64,000 nucleotides of DNA, from contig DASYTG010000034.1 of NCBI GenBank assembly GCA_036002525.1, positions 41,257-105,256 of the forward strand, given 5' to 3'. How positions within the stretch are numbered: position 1 is the stretch's first letter; each line of letters opens with the position of its first letter. Source of the DNA: Candidatus Limnocylindrales bacterium. Lineage in GTDB: Bacteria > Chloroflexota > Limnocylindria > Limnocylindrales > CSP1-4. This document shows, one piece after another, positions 1-9,580 of the stretch. The position numbers were made by a program, and so were the translations under genes. The notes beneath the pieces were generated by a model. That model had not been told where the DNA came from and ran no database searches. It was given only the letters and a program-made list of their open reading frames with translations.

Positions 1-560
1 GACAGGTCCGAGGCCAGGAGTTGGCGGGCCGCGCCGACGATCACGATTGGGCCGGCGCGGGCGATGTCGACGATCGCGATCCGGACGAGGGCGCGCTCGC
101 TCCGGCCGCCGCCCCGGAGGAGGTTGCGGACGTGGCCCCGGACCGGCCCCTCGAGCGGGAGCGCGGCCGCGTCGACGAGCACCAGCCGGTCGACAAGATC
201 CGGTCGCGCCGCCGCGAGGTCGGCGGCGACGTAGCCGCCCAGCGAGTGGCCCACCACTGCCGCCGGACCGGCGCCCACCGCCTCCAGCCACCGGCCGAGC
301 CGCGCCCCGGCCGTCGCGAGCCTGAACGGCTGGCGCCGGCTCGCCCCGAAGCCCGCGAGGTCGACGACGAGGAGACGGTGCCTCGCGCCGAGCGCGGAGA
401 GGTTCCGTTCCCACCACCAGCCCGATGCCGCGAGACCGTGGACGAGGACGATCGGTGGACCGGCTCCCGTCTCCCCCCAGGCGAACCGCAGCCCCTCGAC
501 CTGGGTCGTGTGCGGCACGAGCCTCCCGCCCGCGCCCGCCAGGCGCTCGATCAGGCTCAC
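1..560 (-). CDS. alpha/beta hydrolase fold protein, partial (C-terminus beyond window start)
   Basis: Own reverse-strand translation: GTG at 560-558, frame open to position 1. It contains IVLVHGLAASGWWWERN and the nucleophile elbow VVGHSLGGYVAA (G-x-S-x-G). It is absent from the ORF track because there is no stop in the window. The + ORFs 21..578 and 47..325 are Arg/Pro-rich shadows. Confidence 0.7.
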   Translation of the reverse strand, partial: MSLIERLAGAGGRLVPHTTQVEGLRFAWGETGAGPPIVLVHGLAASGWWWERNLSALGARHRLLVVDLAGFGASRRQPFRLATAGARLGRWLEAVGAGPAAVVGHSLGGYVAADLAAARPDLVDRLVLVDAAALPLEGPVRGHVRNLLRGGGRSERALVRIAIVDIARAGPIVIVGAARQLLASDL

Positions 561-784
561 CGAACGGCCGTCGTCTGACTGGTCATCGCCGCAAGCTTGA
601 CGGAATCGCGAAAAGGAACGATGATTCTTCTTGCCCGCCGCGCAGGCGCCCACGGAGTCCATCACGCTCCACGCGCGCCGCCCGGGCATTGAAACCTCGC
701 TCCGGCCCTGTATCGGGCCGTGGAGCGAACCACCTGCCGCGACCGGGTCACGAACCGGGGCGCGGCGAGAAAGACCCAACCAGA

Positions 785-973
785 ATGACATCGCGAACAC
801 TCCCTACAGCCGTCGCCGGGCGCGCGCGCTCGATGCGCCGGCAGCGTCGCCGCACGGCCGCCGCCGGTCGCGTCTACTGCCGAACGAACGGCTGCACGAG
901 TTTCCTCCAGGTCGACCCGACAACCGGCGTCTCCCGCTGCGCGATCTGCGGCTACACGCGCCGCAACCGCTGA
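785..973 (+). CDS. small zinc-ribbon protein (62 aa), hypothetical
   Basis: In-frame ATG inside ORF 425..973. The tail reads YCRTNGCTSFLQVDPTTGVSRCAICGY (two Cys pairs). A purine-rich gagaaag lies upstream. The N-terminal part of the listed 182-aa ORF is Arg/Pro-rich and unlikely to be coding. Confidence 0.35.
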   Translation: MTSRTLPTAVAGRARSMRRQRRRTAAAGRVYCRTNGCTSFLQVDPTTGVSRCAICGYTRRNR

Positions 974-1066
974 CACGGCTCGATCGCCAGGCGGCGATCA
1001 TGGCGCCGTGCGATCCGCCCTGATCCTCGACCGTTCGCGGCTCGCGCGGCTCATGGAGCGCGAACA

Positions 1067-2578
1067 GTGCGACTTCGTCGCCCGCCCCTCGACCGCCATA
1101 CGGCGATCCTCGCGGGCCCCGTCGGAGCCCTGTTCGGCCAGCTCGCGGCTGCGCCGGACTTCCGGCCCTCGGGGCCGGTACGAAATGACCACCGCTGGCC
1201 ATGTCCGGGTCGCGGACCGGGAGGCTATCGTGGCGGTCCCGGGTCTGTCTGGTGGGCCCGGAAGAACCGTCACGAGGGTCTCCCCCTGAGCGTCGGCCTC
1301 ACCCTCGTCGGGCAGGCATCGAAGCGCGGCATCCGCCCGCGCCTGCCGTCCGCCGAGGTCCTCCTCAACGATCTCGCAGAGTGGCTGGCCAGCGAGGCCG
1401 CGGACACGGCCGGTCCCAGCCGGCGGACCGGCGCCGGGACGGACGAGCCGGGCCTCCGCGTGCTCCTCCATCCGGCCGCGTCGGACGTCGTGTTCAGGGC
1501 GAACGACCTCGGGCGGGTCACCGTCAGCGCGACGACCGCCGAGGTGGGTCCCGGCTACCACACGTTCGTCTGTCAGCTCATCCGCCGGATCGGTTCGGAC
1601 CTGTCGATCGCCTGGGAGCCCCCCGACCCCGCCGCCGGCACGGGCGACGAGACGGGGTACTTCGAGTCCGGCAACCGGGCGGACGTCGAGTCGGCCCTGC
1701 TGATCTGGCTGCACGACGCGCTCCAGGACGCCCGCGCCGCGCGGGCGCGCGGAGAGCAGCGGATCCACCTCGTCGCGTTCGGCGATCACCGGTTCGTGTT
1801 CGACGGGGCGATCGCGACCGCCCTCGGGCCCCGGGACGACGAGTGGCTCGCGGCCGCGGTGAACGATCCGCGGATCGCGGTCGACGTCTGGCCATGGACG
1901 ACGGACGCGATGGACGCGCGATACCTCCTCAACCGTGCCCTCGTGCTGATGTGGACCGAGGTCCGCTGGCGCGCACCCGCGACGGACGAGGAGCGGGCGA
2001 CGATCGATGAGGTCCTCCGGCTCCTCCGGAAGGCCTTCCCGTTTGACACCTCGCTCCCCTACCCGTGGCGCGAGTGGAAGGAGCTCATCTTCCTCTCTGG
2101 TGCGTCCGATCCGCTGTCCGACCGGATCGCGAAGGAAGCGGTGGCGGCCGGCGCCGGCGGCGGGTCTCCGATCGGCTACCGGCGCGATCCCGTCGTCGCC
2201 TTCCACGGCGGGTGGGCGCTCGAGATCCCGGGCTCCTTCGCCGAGCGGCGGACCGCCGAGGAGTGGTGGGCAGGCGAGGGCGGGCGAAGCATCACCCTGG
2301 CCGCCGTCTCGACGGGGACCGACAACGGGCCGATGACCGCCGAGGCCTTCCTCGAGAAGGTGTCGGGGGATCTCGGGAACGGCGCGCTCCATCACCGGAA
2401 CGGGCAGATCGTCGGCAAGGCGCGCCTGGCGGTCGACCACGCCTCGGAGGTAGGGCTGGCGGTCCTGGACGCCTATTCGGCCGTCCGCGGCAGCGGCGCC
2501 GCGCTCCGGATCGAGATCCACGATCCGGCCGACTGGGAGTGGGCTCTCGGCATGTGGCGGTCCCTCCGGCCCGCCTGA
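1067..2578 (+). CDS. hypothetical protein (~430-500 aa), no family recognised
   Basis: Balanced, protein-like composition over most of the ORF, e.g. FESGNRADVESALLIWLHDALQDA, WPWTTDAMDARYLLNRALVLMWTEVRW, IHDPADWEWALGMWRSL. The opposite 799-aa ORF 998..3397 is an Arg/Pro/Gly shadow. The first ~75 codons look non-coding, so the true start is uncertain. Confidence 0.6.
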   Translation: MRLRRPPLDRHTAILAGPVGALFGQLAAAPDFRPSGPVRNDHRWPCPGRGPGGYRGGPGSVWWARKNRHEGLPLSVGLTLVGQASKRGIRPRLPSAEVLLNDLAEWLASEAADTAGPSRRTGAGTDEPGLRVLLHPAASDVVFRANDLGRVTVSATTAEVGPGYHTFVCQLIRRIGSDLSIAWEPPDPAAGTGDETGYFESGNRADVESALLIWLHDALQDARAARARGEQRIHLVAFGDHRFVFDGAIATALGPRDDEWLAAAVNDPRIAVDVWPWTTDAMDARYLLNRALVLMWTEVRWRAPATDEERATIDEVLRLLRKAFPFDTSLPYPWREWKELIFLSGASDPLSDRIAKEAVAAGAGGGSPIGYRRDPVVAFHGGWALEIPGSFAERRTAEEWWAGEGGRSITLAAVSTGTDNGPMTAEAFLEKVSGDLGNGALHHRNGQIVGKARLAVDHASEVGLAVLDAYSAVRGSGAALRIEIHDPADWEWALGMWRSLRPA

Positions 2579-2653
2579 CCAGGCACGCGTCCGCCGGAGC
2601 CGTGACAGGCGAGCTGGCGCGGATCGCGGGTATCGTTCGGCCGTGAGAGTGCG

Positions 2654-5600
2654 GTGCAGCTGATCGACGGCCGGCCCGTCTTCGCCGCCACGGACCTCGT
2701 CGGCTACCTCGCCTGCGAGCACCTGACCGGGCTGGAGCGCGCGGCGCTCGCGGGCCTCACTCGGCGGCCGGAGCGGAGCGACCCGGAGCTGGACGTCATC
2801 CGCAAGCGCGGGTTCGAGCACGAGCAGCGCTTTCTCGCCGATCTCCGCGGCCAGGGCAGGAGCGTCGTCGAGATCTCGCTCGACGGCTCGATCGCCGACC
2901 AGGGCGACCAGCTGCGGGCCGCCGCGGCCGCCACCGAGGCGGCGATGGTCGCCGGTCCTGACGTCATCTTCCAGGCGACCTTCTTCGACGGAACGTGGCG
3001 CGGCCACGCCGATTTCCTCCTTCGCGTCGAGTCGCCCGACAGGCCCTCGAGGTTCGGGCCGTACCACTACGAGGTCGCCGACACGAAGCTCGCCCGGCAC
3101 GTCAAGGCCAGTGCCGTTCTCCAGATCTGCAGCTATGTCGATCAGCTCGAGCGGATCCAGGGCGTCCGACCGGAGTGGATGCACGTGGCCCTCGGCGGAA
3201 GCGCGCGGACCGTCGAGCGACTCCGCGTCGACGACTTCATGGCCTACTACCGGACGGCCCGCGACCGGTTCCTCGCGACGATGACCGGGCCGCCCGCGGC
3301 GTTCCCGCCGCTCGGCACGTACCCCGAGCCGGTCGACCATTGCGACGTCTGCCGCTGGGCTGCGGAGTGCGTCGTCCGCCGGCGGTCGGACGACCATCTC
3401 AGCCTGGTCGCCGGGATCTCGTCGCGCCAGAGACGCGCCCTCGAGGACCGGTCCGTTCGGACGCTCGCCGACCTGGGCCGGTTGACGCTGCCGCTCGACC
3501 CGCGGCTCGAGGGAACGAGCGATCAGGCCCTCGTGCGGGTCCGGGAGCAGGCCCGGCTCCAGCTCGAGGGACGCCTCGAGCGGCGGATGAAGTACGAGCT
3601 CCTCCTCCCCGCGACCGGCGAACCGATCGACGCGGAGCGCGGGCTCGCGATGCTTCCGCCGCCGTCACCGGGCGACCTGTTCTTCGACATCGAGGGCGAC
3701 CCGTACGCGTTCGAGGACGGGCTCGACTACCTGTTCGGCGTCCTCGAGACTGACGGGACGTTCCACGCCTTCTGGTCGCGCGAGGAGGACGGGACCTTCT
3801 CGCTCGCGGCCGAGAAGCAGGCATTCCAGCGGCTGATCGACTTCGTCGTCGAACGGCTCGACCGGGACCCGGCACTCCACGTCTACCACTACGCGGCCTA
3901 CGAGCCGACCGCGCTCAAGCGGCTCATGGGCCGCTATGCCACCCGCGAGAGCGAGGTCGATCGCCTCCTCCGCGGCGGGGTCCTCGTCGACCTCCTGCGG
4001 GCCGTCCGCCAGTCGCTCCGGGCGTCTGTCGAGAGCTACTCGATCAAGCGCATCGAACCGCTGTACGGCTTCGAGCGCCAGGTCGACCTGCGCGATGCGG
4101 GGTCGAGCATCGTCGCGTTCGAGGAGTGGCTCGAGCTCGGCGAGGGCGAACGACCCGCGGCCGGGCACCTCGAGAGGATCGAGCGCTACAACCGCGACGA
4201 CGTCGTCAGCAACGCCCGCCTCCGCGACTGGCTCGAGACGCTCCGCGCCGAGCTGGAGGTGCTCACCGGGCAGCCGGTTCCACGGCCGGGAGAACGCCAG
4301 CCGGAGCTGCCCGAGGAGCTGCGCGAGGCGCAGGCCCGTGTCCAGGCCCTCGCAGACGCTCTCGCCAACGCCCCGCTGGACCCGGCTGCCCGCACGCCGG
4401 AACTGCAGGCGCGCTGGCTGCTTGGCCAGCTGCTCGGCTGGCACCGTCGCGAAGACAAGTCGATGTGGTGGGAGTTCTTTCGCTGGATGGAGCTGTCGCC
4501 GGACGAGCTGGTGGACGAGCCCGAGCCGATCGGGCGCCTCGTGCCGGTCGGACCGCTTGACGACGGCACAAAGGGCAGGCAGACCTGGCGATACCGGTTC
4601 CCCGCCCAGGAGTTCGAGGTCCGGGGCACCGCCTACGACCCGGCCAGCGCCCAGGCGCGTCCGAAGGACTCACCGTTCACGTGGACAGCCGGCGAGGTCG
4701 TCGCCACGGATCCCGCGGCCGGCACAGTCGACATCAAGCGCACCGCAGACGGCCCCCATCCCGAGGCGATCGTCCCGCTGAACTACATCCCGACGCGGGA
4801 GCACCTCGCGAACCTCGTCGCGATCGGCGAGTGGGTGCTCGCCCACGGGATCGACTCGGCCGGCCCGTATCGGGCCGCCCGGGACCTGCTCCTGGGCCGC
4901 CCGCCGCGCGCCGGGCAGCGCGCCGGAGCGGCCCTTTCGATGGCGGGCGAATCGGATCTGGCGGCCGCCCGTCGCCTGGCGCTGGCGCTAGATCACACGA
5001 CACTGGCGATCCAGGGCCCGCCGGGCTCGGGCAAGACCTGGACCGGCGCGCGGATGATCTGCACGCTCCTTGCCGCCGGGAAGCGGGTCGGCATCACCGC
5101 GACGAGCCACAAGGTGATCGGCAACTTCCTCGGTGCGACGCTCAAGGCCGCCGAAAGCGAAGGCGTCGAGGTGCGCGCCGTCCAGCGGGCCGATAAGGAC
5201 GTCGTCCTGGTCCACGATGCCGTCACCCGTGGCAAGGGCAACCCCGACGTGCGTGTCCAGCTCGAGGCGGGGGCCAACCTCGCCGCCGGGACGCCATGGC
5301 TCTGGGCCTCGGGCAAGATGGCGGACGCTGTCGACGTGCTCTTCGTCGACGAGGCCGGCCAGATGTCGCTGGCCAACGTCATCGCGATCTCTCCTTCCGC
5401 CGAGAACCTGGTTCTCCTCGGCGACCCGCAGCAGCTCGACCAGCCCCTCCGCGGAAGCCACCCGCCGGGCGCCGAGCGGTCTGCCCTCGCTCACGTCCTC
5501 GGCGACGCGGCCACGATGCCCCCCGCGCGCGGCCTGTTCCTCGAGACGACATGGCGCCTCCACCCGGACCTCTGCCGGTATACGTCGGAGGTGTTCTACG

Positions 5601-6238
5601 ACGACCGCCTCGAATCGGAGCCGAAGCTCGAGCTCCAGCGCCTCGTCGCGGCCCCTCCGCTCCACGGCGCCGGGCCCCGCTTCCACGCCAGGCAGACCGC
5701 CGGCTACGACAACGAGTCGCCCGAGGAAGCGGCGGAGGTCGCGGCGCTCGCGCGAACGCTCGTGGGCGGGGGCGCTACGTGGGTCGACAAGGACGGCGAC
5801 GAGCGCGGCCTGACCTGGGAGGACGTACTGATCGTCGCCCCGTACAACGCCCAGGTCGGGGCGATCACCCGCCTCCTGCCGCCCGGCGCCCGGGTCGGGA
5901 CGGTCGACAAGTTCCAGGGCCAGGAAGCGCCGATCAGCATCTACTCGATGACGACCTCGGCGCCCGAGCTCGCCCCCCGCGGCCTCGACTTCCTCTACAG
6001 CCGCCACCGGCTGAACGTCGCGACGTCGCGTGCCCGCTGCGTGGCGGTCGTCGTCGCCTCGCCGGACCTGCTCCGCGTCCGGGCGCGCACGCCGGCCCAC
6101 ATGCGACTGGTCAACGCGCTGTGCCGGTTCGTCGAGATGGCCCCGGACATGGCCGCGGAGCGTCCGGCGACTGGCGCCCCGGAGCCGCTGACCCTCTGGG
6201 CGACGACGATTGGCGATAGTCGCCGGCACGACCGATGA
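2654..6238 (+). CDS. TM0106-type RecB-like nuclease fused to SF1 (Dna2/Upf1-like) helicase
   Basis: N-terminus carries PD-(D/E)xK-like GHADFLL ... YEVADTKLA, plus Cys in YLACEHL and CDVCRWAAEC (C-x2-C-x5-C, Cas4/AddB-type Fe-S pattern). An FFDIEGDP RNase-H-like segment follows. C-terminus has IQGPPGSGKTWT (Walker A), VLFVDEAGQM (Walker B), VDKFQGQEA and RLNVATSRAR. Confidence 0.9.
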   Translation: MQLIDGRPVFAATDLVGYLACEHLTGLERAALAGLTRRPERSDPELDVIRKRGFEHEQRFLADLRGQGRSVVEISLDGSIADQGDQLRAAAAATEAAMVAGPDVIFQATFFDGTWRGHADFLLRVESPDRPSRFGPYHYEVADTKLARHVKASAVLQICSYVDQLERIQGVRPEWMHVALGGSARTVERLRVDDFMAYYRTARDRFLATMTGPPAAFPPLGTYPEPVDHCDVCRWAAECVVRRRSDDHLSLVAGISSRQRRALEDRSVRTLADLGRLTLPLDPRLEGTSDQALVRVREQARLQLEGRLERRMKYELLLPATGEPIDAERGLAMLPPPSPGDLFFDIEGDPYAFEDGLDYLFGVLETDGTFHAFWSREEDGTFSLAAEKQAFQRLIDFVVERLDRDPALHVYHYAAYEPTALKRLMGRYATRESEVDRLLRGGVLVDLLRAVRQSLRASVESYSIKRIEPLYGFERQVDLRDAGSSIVAFEEWLELGEGERPAAGHLERIERYNRDDVVSNARLRDWLETLRAELEVLTGQPVPRPGERQPELPEELREAQARVQALADALANAPLDPAARTPELQARWLLGQLLGWHRREDKSMWWEFFRWMELSPDELVDEPEPIGRLVPVGPLDDGTKGRQTWRYRFPAQEFEVRGTAYDPASAQARPKDSPFTWTAGEVVATDPAAGTVDIKRTADGPHPEAIVPLNYIPTREHLANLVAIGEWVLAHGIDSAGPYRAARDLLLGRPPRAGQRAGAALSMAGESDLAAARRLALALDHTTLAIQGPPGSGKTWTGARMICTLLAAGKRVGITATSHKVIGNFLGATLKAAESEGVEVRAVQRADKDVVLVHDAVTRGKGNPDVRVQLEAGANLAAGTPWLWASGKMADAVDVLFVDEAGQMSLANVIAISPSAENLVLLGDPQQLDQPLRGSHPPGAERSALAHVLGDAATMPPARGLFLETTWRLHPDLCRYTSEVFYDDRLESEPKLELQRLVAAPPLHGAGPRFHARQTAGYDNESPEEAAEVAALARTLVGGGATWVDKDGDERGLTWEDVLIVAPYNAQVGAITRLLPPGARVGTVDKFQGQEAPISIYSMTTSAPELAPRGLDFLYSRHRLNVATSRARCVAVVVASPDLLRVRARTPAHMRLVNALCRFVEMAPDMAAERPATGAPEPLTLWATTIGDSRRHDR

Positions 6239-6323
6239 GTTTCGGGCCGAACCGTCGTCTGAGTGGTTGGCGCCGGCGAATCAATGACTCGCCGGCGCCT
6301 CCGCTTTCCCGCCACCGGGTGCG

Positions 6324-7586
6324 CTACCGCCCCGTCAGCTCCCTGACCAGCCACGCCGCGAGGACCCGTGCGCAGTCCCCGACCTGGGCGAGCGGGACGT
6401 GCTCGTCGGCGGAGTGGGCGACCCGGATGTCGCCCGGGCCGTAGATCACCGTCGGAGTGCCGCCCTCGTTGACGAGCAGCCGCATGTCCGCCCCGTACGG
6501 CTCGCCGATCGCCTCGGGCCGCCGCCCGAGCACCCCTTCGGCGACGGCCTGGAGGCCGGTCGGCAGTGGATCGTCGACCGGCACCGAGGCGGACGAGAAC
6601 CGACCGCCGACGATGTCGACCTCGGCGGGGTGCTCGCGCAGGAAGTCGTCGGCCTCGCAGGCCGCCGCGATGCACGCCCGGAGCTCGGCTTCCGCCTCGC
6701 GCCACGTCTGCCCGAGCCGGACGCCGTAGCGTCCGTCGGCCTCGACCCGGTCCATGACGGTCGACGCCCAGTCGCCGCCGCGGACCTTTCCGACAATCGT
6801 CGGGTACGGCAACCCCAGCGCGGTCATGAGCGGATCCGACTCCGATTCGTTCCGCCGTGCTTCGTCGGCCTCGAGCGCATCGATCAGCACGTGGAGCTTG
6901 TCGAGGGCGGACACGCCCTCTCGCCGCTTCGAGGCATGGGCGGCCCGGCCACGAACGGTGAGCCGGAACGTGATCGCGCCGGCGTGGGCCACGACCACCT
7001 GGAGATCGGTCGGCTCGGTGATGATCGCGACGTCTCCGGTGACGCCGGCCCGGATCGCGGCGAGCATCCCCTGGCCGCCGTCCTCCTCGGACGGGACGAA
7101 GGCGAGAACGAGCTCGCCGGCGAGAGCCGTCCGGTCCGCAACGGAGCGAAGGACCCGGGCCGCCTCGAGGATCGCCGCCACGCCGCCCTTCATGTCGCAG
7201 GCGCCGCGACCGTACAGGAGGCCGTCGCGGACCTGAGCGCCCCACGGATGAACGGTCCACGTCGCGAGGTCGCCCGGCGGCACGACGTCGACGTGGCCCA
7301 CGAGCAGGACCCTTCGCCCGCCGGGGCTCCCGATCCGCCCGAGGACGATCGGCAGGCTCGCCCGCGGCATCTCGGCGCCCGGCCAGTCCGGGTCGGCCTC
7401 GGCCTCCTGGGGAGTCGGGGTGATGCGCTCCACCGGGATGTCGGCCGCCTCGAGGAGCCGGACGATCTCGAGCTGGATCTCCTCTTCGTGGCCGGTGATG
7501 CTCGCGATCTGGACGAGGCCCACCAGGTCGGTCTGGATCCGGGCAGGGTCGACGGCGGCGACCGCGGCGCGCTCGAGGTCGTTCAT
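6324..7586 (-). CDS. M20 family metallopeptidase (ArgE/DapE-like deacylase)
   Basis: LLVGHVDVVPPGD...WTVHPWGAQVRDGLLYGRGACDMKGG is the typical M20 metal-binding region. The ORF is full length with normal composition. Confidence 0.9.
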   Translation of the reverse strand: MNDLERAAVAAVDPARIQTDLVGLVQIASITGHEEEIQLEIVRLLEAADIPVERITPTPQEAEADPDWPGAEMPRASLPIVLGRIGSPGGRRVLLVGHVDVVPPGDLATWTVHPWGAQVRDGLLYGRGACDMKGGVAAILEAARVLRSVADRTALAGELVLAFVPSEEDGGQGMLAAIRAGVTGDVAIITEPTDLQVVVAHAGAITFRLTVRGRAAHASKRREGVSALDKLHVLIDALEADEARRNESESDPLMTALGLPYPTIVGKVRGGDWASTVMDRVEADGRYGVRLGQTWREAEAELRACIAAACEADDFLREHPAEVDIVGGRFSSASVPVDDPLPTGLQAVAEGVLGRRPEAIGEPYGADMRLLVNEGGTPTVIYGPGDIRVAHSADEHVPLAQVGDCARVLAAWLVRELTGR

Positions 7587-8416
7587 CGACGGGCCTCGGG
7601 CCGCCGCGCGACCCAGATCTGCTCGCGGCCGTACACCGGGGGCGAGCCGGCGTAGTCACTGTATTCCGCGATCGGCTCGAAGCCGCCAAGCTCCAGCAGG
7701 TGACGCATCTCGTGGCGGTAAGTCCACCGTAGCTTCAGCTCCTCGAACTCCTCGCGCACAACGCGACCCTTGGGATCGAGCTCGCTGAATCGCCAGCGCT
7801 CGCGCAGGCGCTGGGCGACCGGATCCGTTTGGCGCTCGACCGCGGTGACCCGGACGCGCGTTCCGCCCACCTCGTACTCGCCACGCTCCTCGGAGGGATG
7901 CAGACCAGGCACGCAGCGGTCGAGGAGCGGATCGAAGACGTCCAGCGCGAGCAGGCCGCTGGGTCGGAGGTGGCGGCGGACTGCGGCGAGCGCCGACCGC
8001 TGGGCTGCAACGTCGAGCAGCGACATGAAGACCCGGAAGACGGCGAAGACGAGCCCGAACCGGCGGCCGAGCCGGAAGTCCGTCATATCGCCCTCGACGA
8101 ACCGCAACCGGCGACGCGTCGCCGCTGGCAGTCGAGAACGCTTCGCGGCCGCGACGGCGAGCATCGCCGGCGAGCGGTCCAGCCCGACGACGTCGATCCC
8201 CGCCACGGCGAGGGGGATCGCCACACGTCCGGTGCCGCACCCCAGCTCGAGCACCGGCCCGCCCGCGTCTGCCGCCAGGCGCTCGAAGAAGGCGATGTCG
8301 TCGCCGCCAGGGACCCCCGGGTGCATCACGTCGTAGACCCTGACGTGGAGCCCGTCGCGGCCGTAGAACGGGGTCGTCGCCGGCGTCATCCGCGGAGGAT
8401 GGGGCGGGTGAGGCAC
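7583..8416 (-). CDS. class I SAM-dependent methyltransferase
   Basis: Motif I VLELGCGTGRVAIPLA followed by VVGLDRSPAML. It has a 4-nt overlap with the downstream M20 gene. Confidence 0.85.
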   Translation of the reverse strand: MPHPPHPPRMTPATTPFYGRDGLHVRVYDVMHPGVPGGDDIAFFERLAADAGGPVLELGCGTGRVAIPLAVAGIDVVGLDRSPAMLAVAAAKRSRLPAATRRRLRFVEGDMTDFRLGRRFGLVFAVFRVFMSLLDVAAQRSALAAVRRHLRPSGLLALDVFDPLLDRCVPGLHPSEERGEYEVGGTRVRVTAVERQTDPVAQRLRERWRFSELDPKGRVVREEFEELKLRWTYRHEMRHLLELGGFEPIAEYSDYAGSPPVYGREQIWVARRPEARR

Positions 8417-9252
8417 GTCGGGCCGCCCGAGCCGTTGATCCCGATCTCGGTCGCTGCGTAAGTGTGCACCTCGCAGCCGCGAGCCTCGAGGGCGGCCCTT
8501 GTCCGGGAATTGCCGTCGGCGGCGACGAGGACTCCCGGGCGAACCGCCAGCACGTTGCAGCCGAGCGTGGCGAACTCGTCCTCCGGGACCTCGATCAGAT
8601 CGATTCCGAGCTCCCGGAGGAGCTCCCAGAGGCCGACCGGCAGGAGCGGCAGGAACACGACCGCCAGGTCGTCAGCGACCGGAGAGACCACCGAGAGCAG
8701 GTGGATCAGCTCGGCGTCGCCTCGCCAGTACGGGACGTCGAAGACCCGAACGTCGCCCCCGACGAGCGCCGCCAGCTGACGGGCTCCCTCGGAGTTCGTG
8801 CGGAGCGTCCGGCCGACGCAGAAGAGGTCCGGCCGAAGCCAGAACGTGTCGCCGCCCTCGACCGTGCCGGGCGCCTCGATCCGGCCGATGGTCGGGATGC
8901 CGGCGCTGGCCGTCCATTCCTCGAGGAGGGCCGGCTCCAGCCGCCGGTTTGGCTTGCCCGGGCGGAGGGGGATCGCGCCATGGTCGGTGACGAGCAGGGG
9001 ATCGAACGTGTAGACGAGGTCGGGGCTCGGGCTGTCGGCCTCGAGGGTATGGACGGTCGGGCCGAGCCGGACGAGCAGGTCGACGAAGGCGTCGTGCTCG
9101 CGGCGGGCAACGTCGAGGTCGACCGGCCGGAGGAAGCCGTGGGCCGGATCGTCGAACGCCGCGCCGAAGGCCGCGTCCGGCCGCTTCACCAGCACCTCGC
9201 GGAGGGCTGCGGTCATCGACTGGGCGCCGAAGCGTCGCTCGGTCAGGGTCAT
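8386..9252 (-). CDS. amidinotransferase-fold enzyme (dimethylarginine dimethylaminohydrolase / arginine deiminase-like)
   Basis: C-terminal GCNVLAVRPGVLVAADGNSRTRAALEARGCEVHTY...INGSGGPTCLTRPILR is typical of this fold (catalytic Cys near the C-terminus). Start trimmed to MTLTERRF at 9252, because the upstream 50 codons are Arg/Pro-rich. Confidence 0.8.
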   Translation of the reverse strand: MTLTERRFGAQSMTAALREVLVKRPDAAFGAAFDDPAHGFLRPVDLDVARREHDAFVDLLVRLGPTVHTLEADSPSPDLVYTFDPLLVTDHGAIPLRPGKPNRRLEPALLEEWTASAGIPTIGRIEAPGTVEGGDTFWLRPDLFCVGRTLRTNSEGARQLAALVGGDVRVFDVPYWRGDAELIHLLSVVSPVADDLAVVFLPLLPVGLWELLRELGIDLIEVPEDEFATLGCNVLAVRPGVLVAADGNSRTRAALEARGCEVHTYAATEIGINGSGGPTCLTRPILRG

Positions 9253-9314
9253 CGGCGAAGGATACGGCCGCCGGGCTTCCCGGAACCGGTGGGCAGGAGT
9301 AGCCTGTCGGCGGG

Positions 9315-9545
9315 ATGGCCGGGTACGCGGCGGCGATGCGGATCGAGCGGATCGAGGTCCGGGGCGGCCTCGCGGCGCGCCCCGATCGGGCGGGCTCGGC
9401 ATTCCTCGAGGCAGCCGAAGCCGTGGCGGTGATCGAGCTGGCCGGCAGGGAGCCCGGCGAGGATCTCCGCCAGCGGCTGGCCGATTTGCGGATCTATTTC
9501 GGCCAGCTGACCTGGTATCTCTTCAACGCCGAGGGCTGGCGCTGA
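9315..9545 (+). CDS. hypothetical small protein (69-76 aa)
   Basis: ORF with a plausible hydrophobic pattern (MRIERIEVRGG ... LRIYFGQLTWYLFNAEGW). No family recognised. Confidence 0.3.
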   Translation: MAGYAAAMRIERIEVRGGLAARPDRAGSAFLEAAEAVAVIELAGREPGEDLRQRLADLRIYFGQLTWYLFNAEGWR

Positions 9546-9580
9546 CGGTCGTCAGGGGGCGACACAAGCCGATCGGGCGG

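Noticed and set aside
998-3397. 799-aa minus-strand ORF, the longest ORF in this part of the window
   Set aside because: Its composition is extremely Arg/Pro/Gly/Asp-rich with no motifs. It lies antisense to two + strand genes that carry clear protein-like sequence and helicase/nuclease motifs. This is a typical high-GC shadow ORF.
5995-7689. 564-aa minus-strand ORF. The same applies to 10827..12545(-), 17920..19977(+), 19121..21478(-), 20506..21954(+), 21463..22653(-), 24192..25910(-), 31165..32805(+), 51093..53363(+) and 61954..63399(-).
   Set aside because: All are Arg/Pro/Gly-dominated translations in alternative frames or on the strand opposite to genes with unambiguous family signatures (M20, FAD oxidoreductase, PBP, AI-2E, kinase, AceE, MTAP and others). 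I treated them as non-coding.
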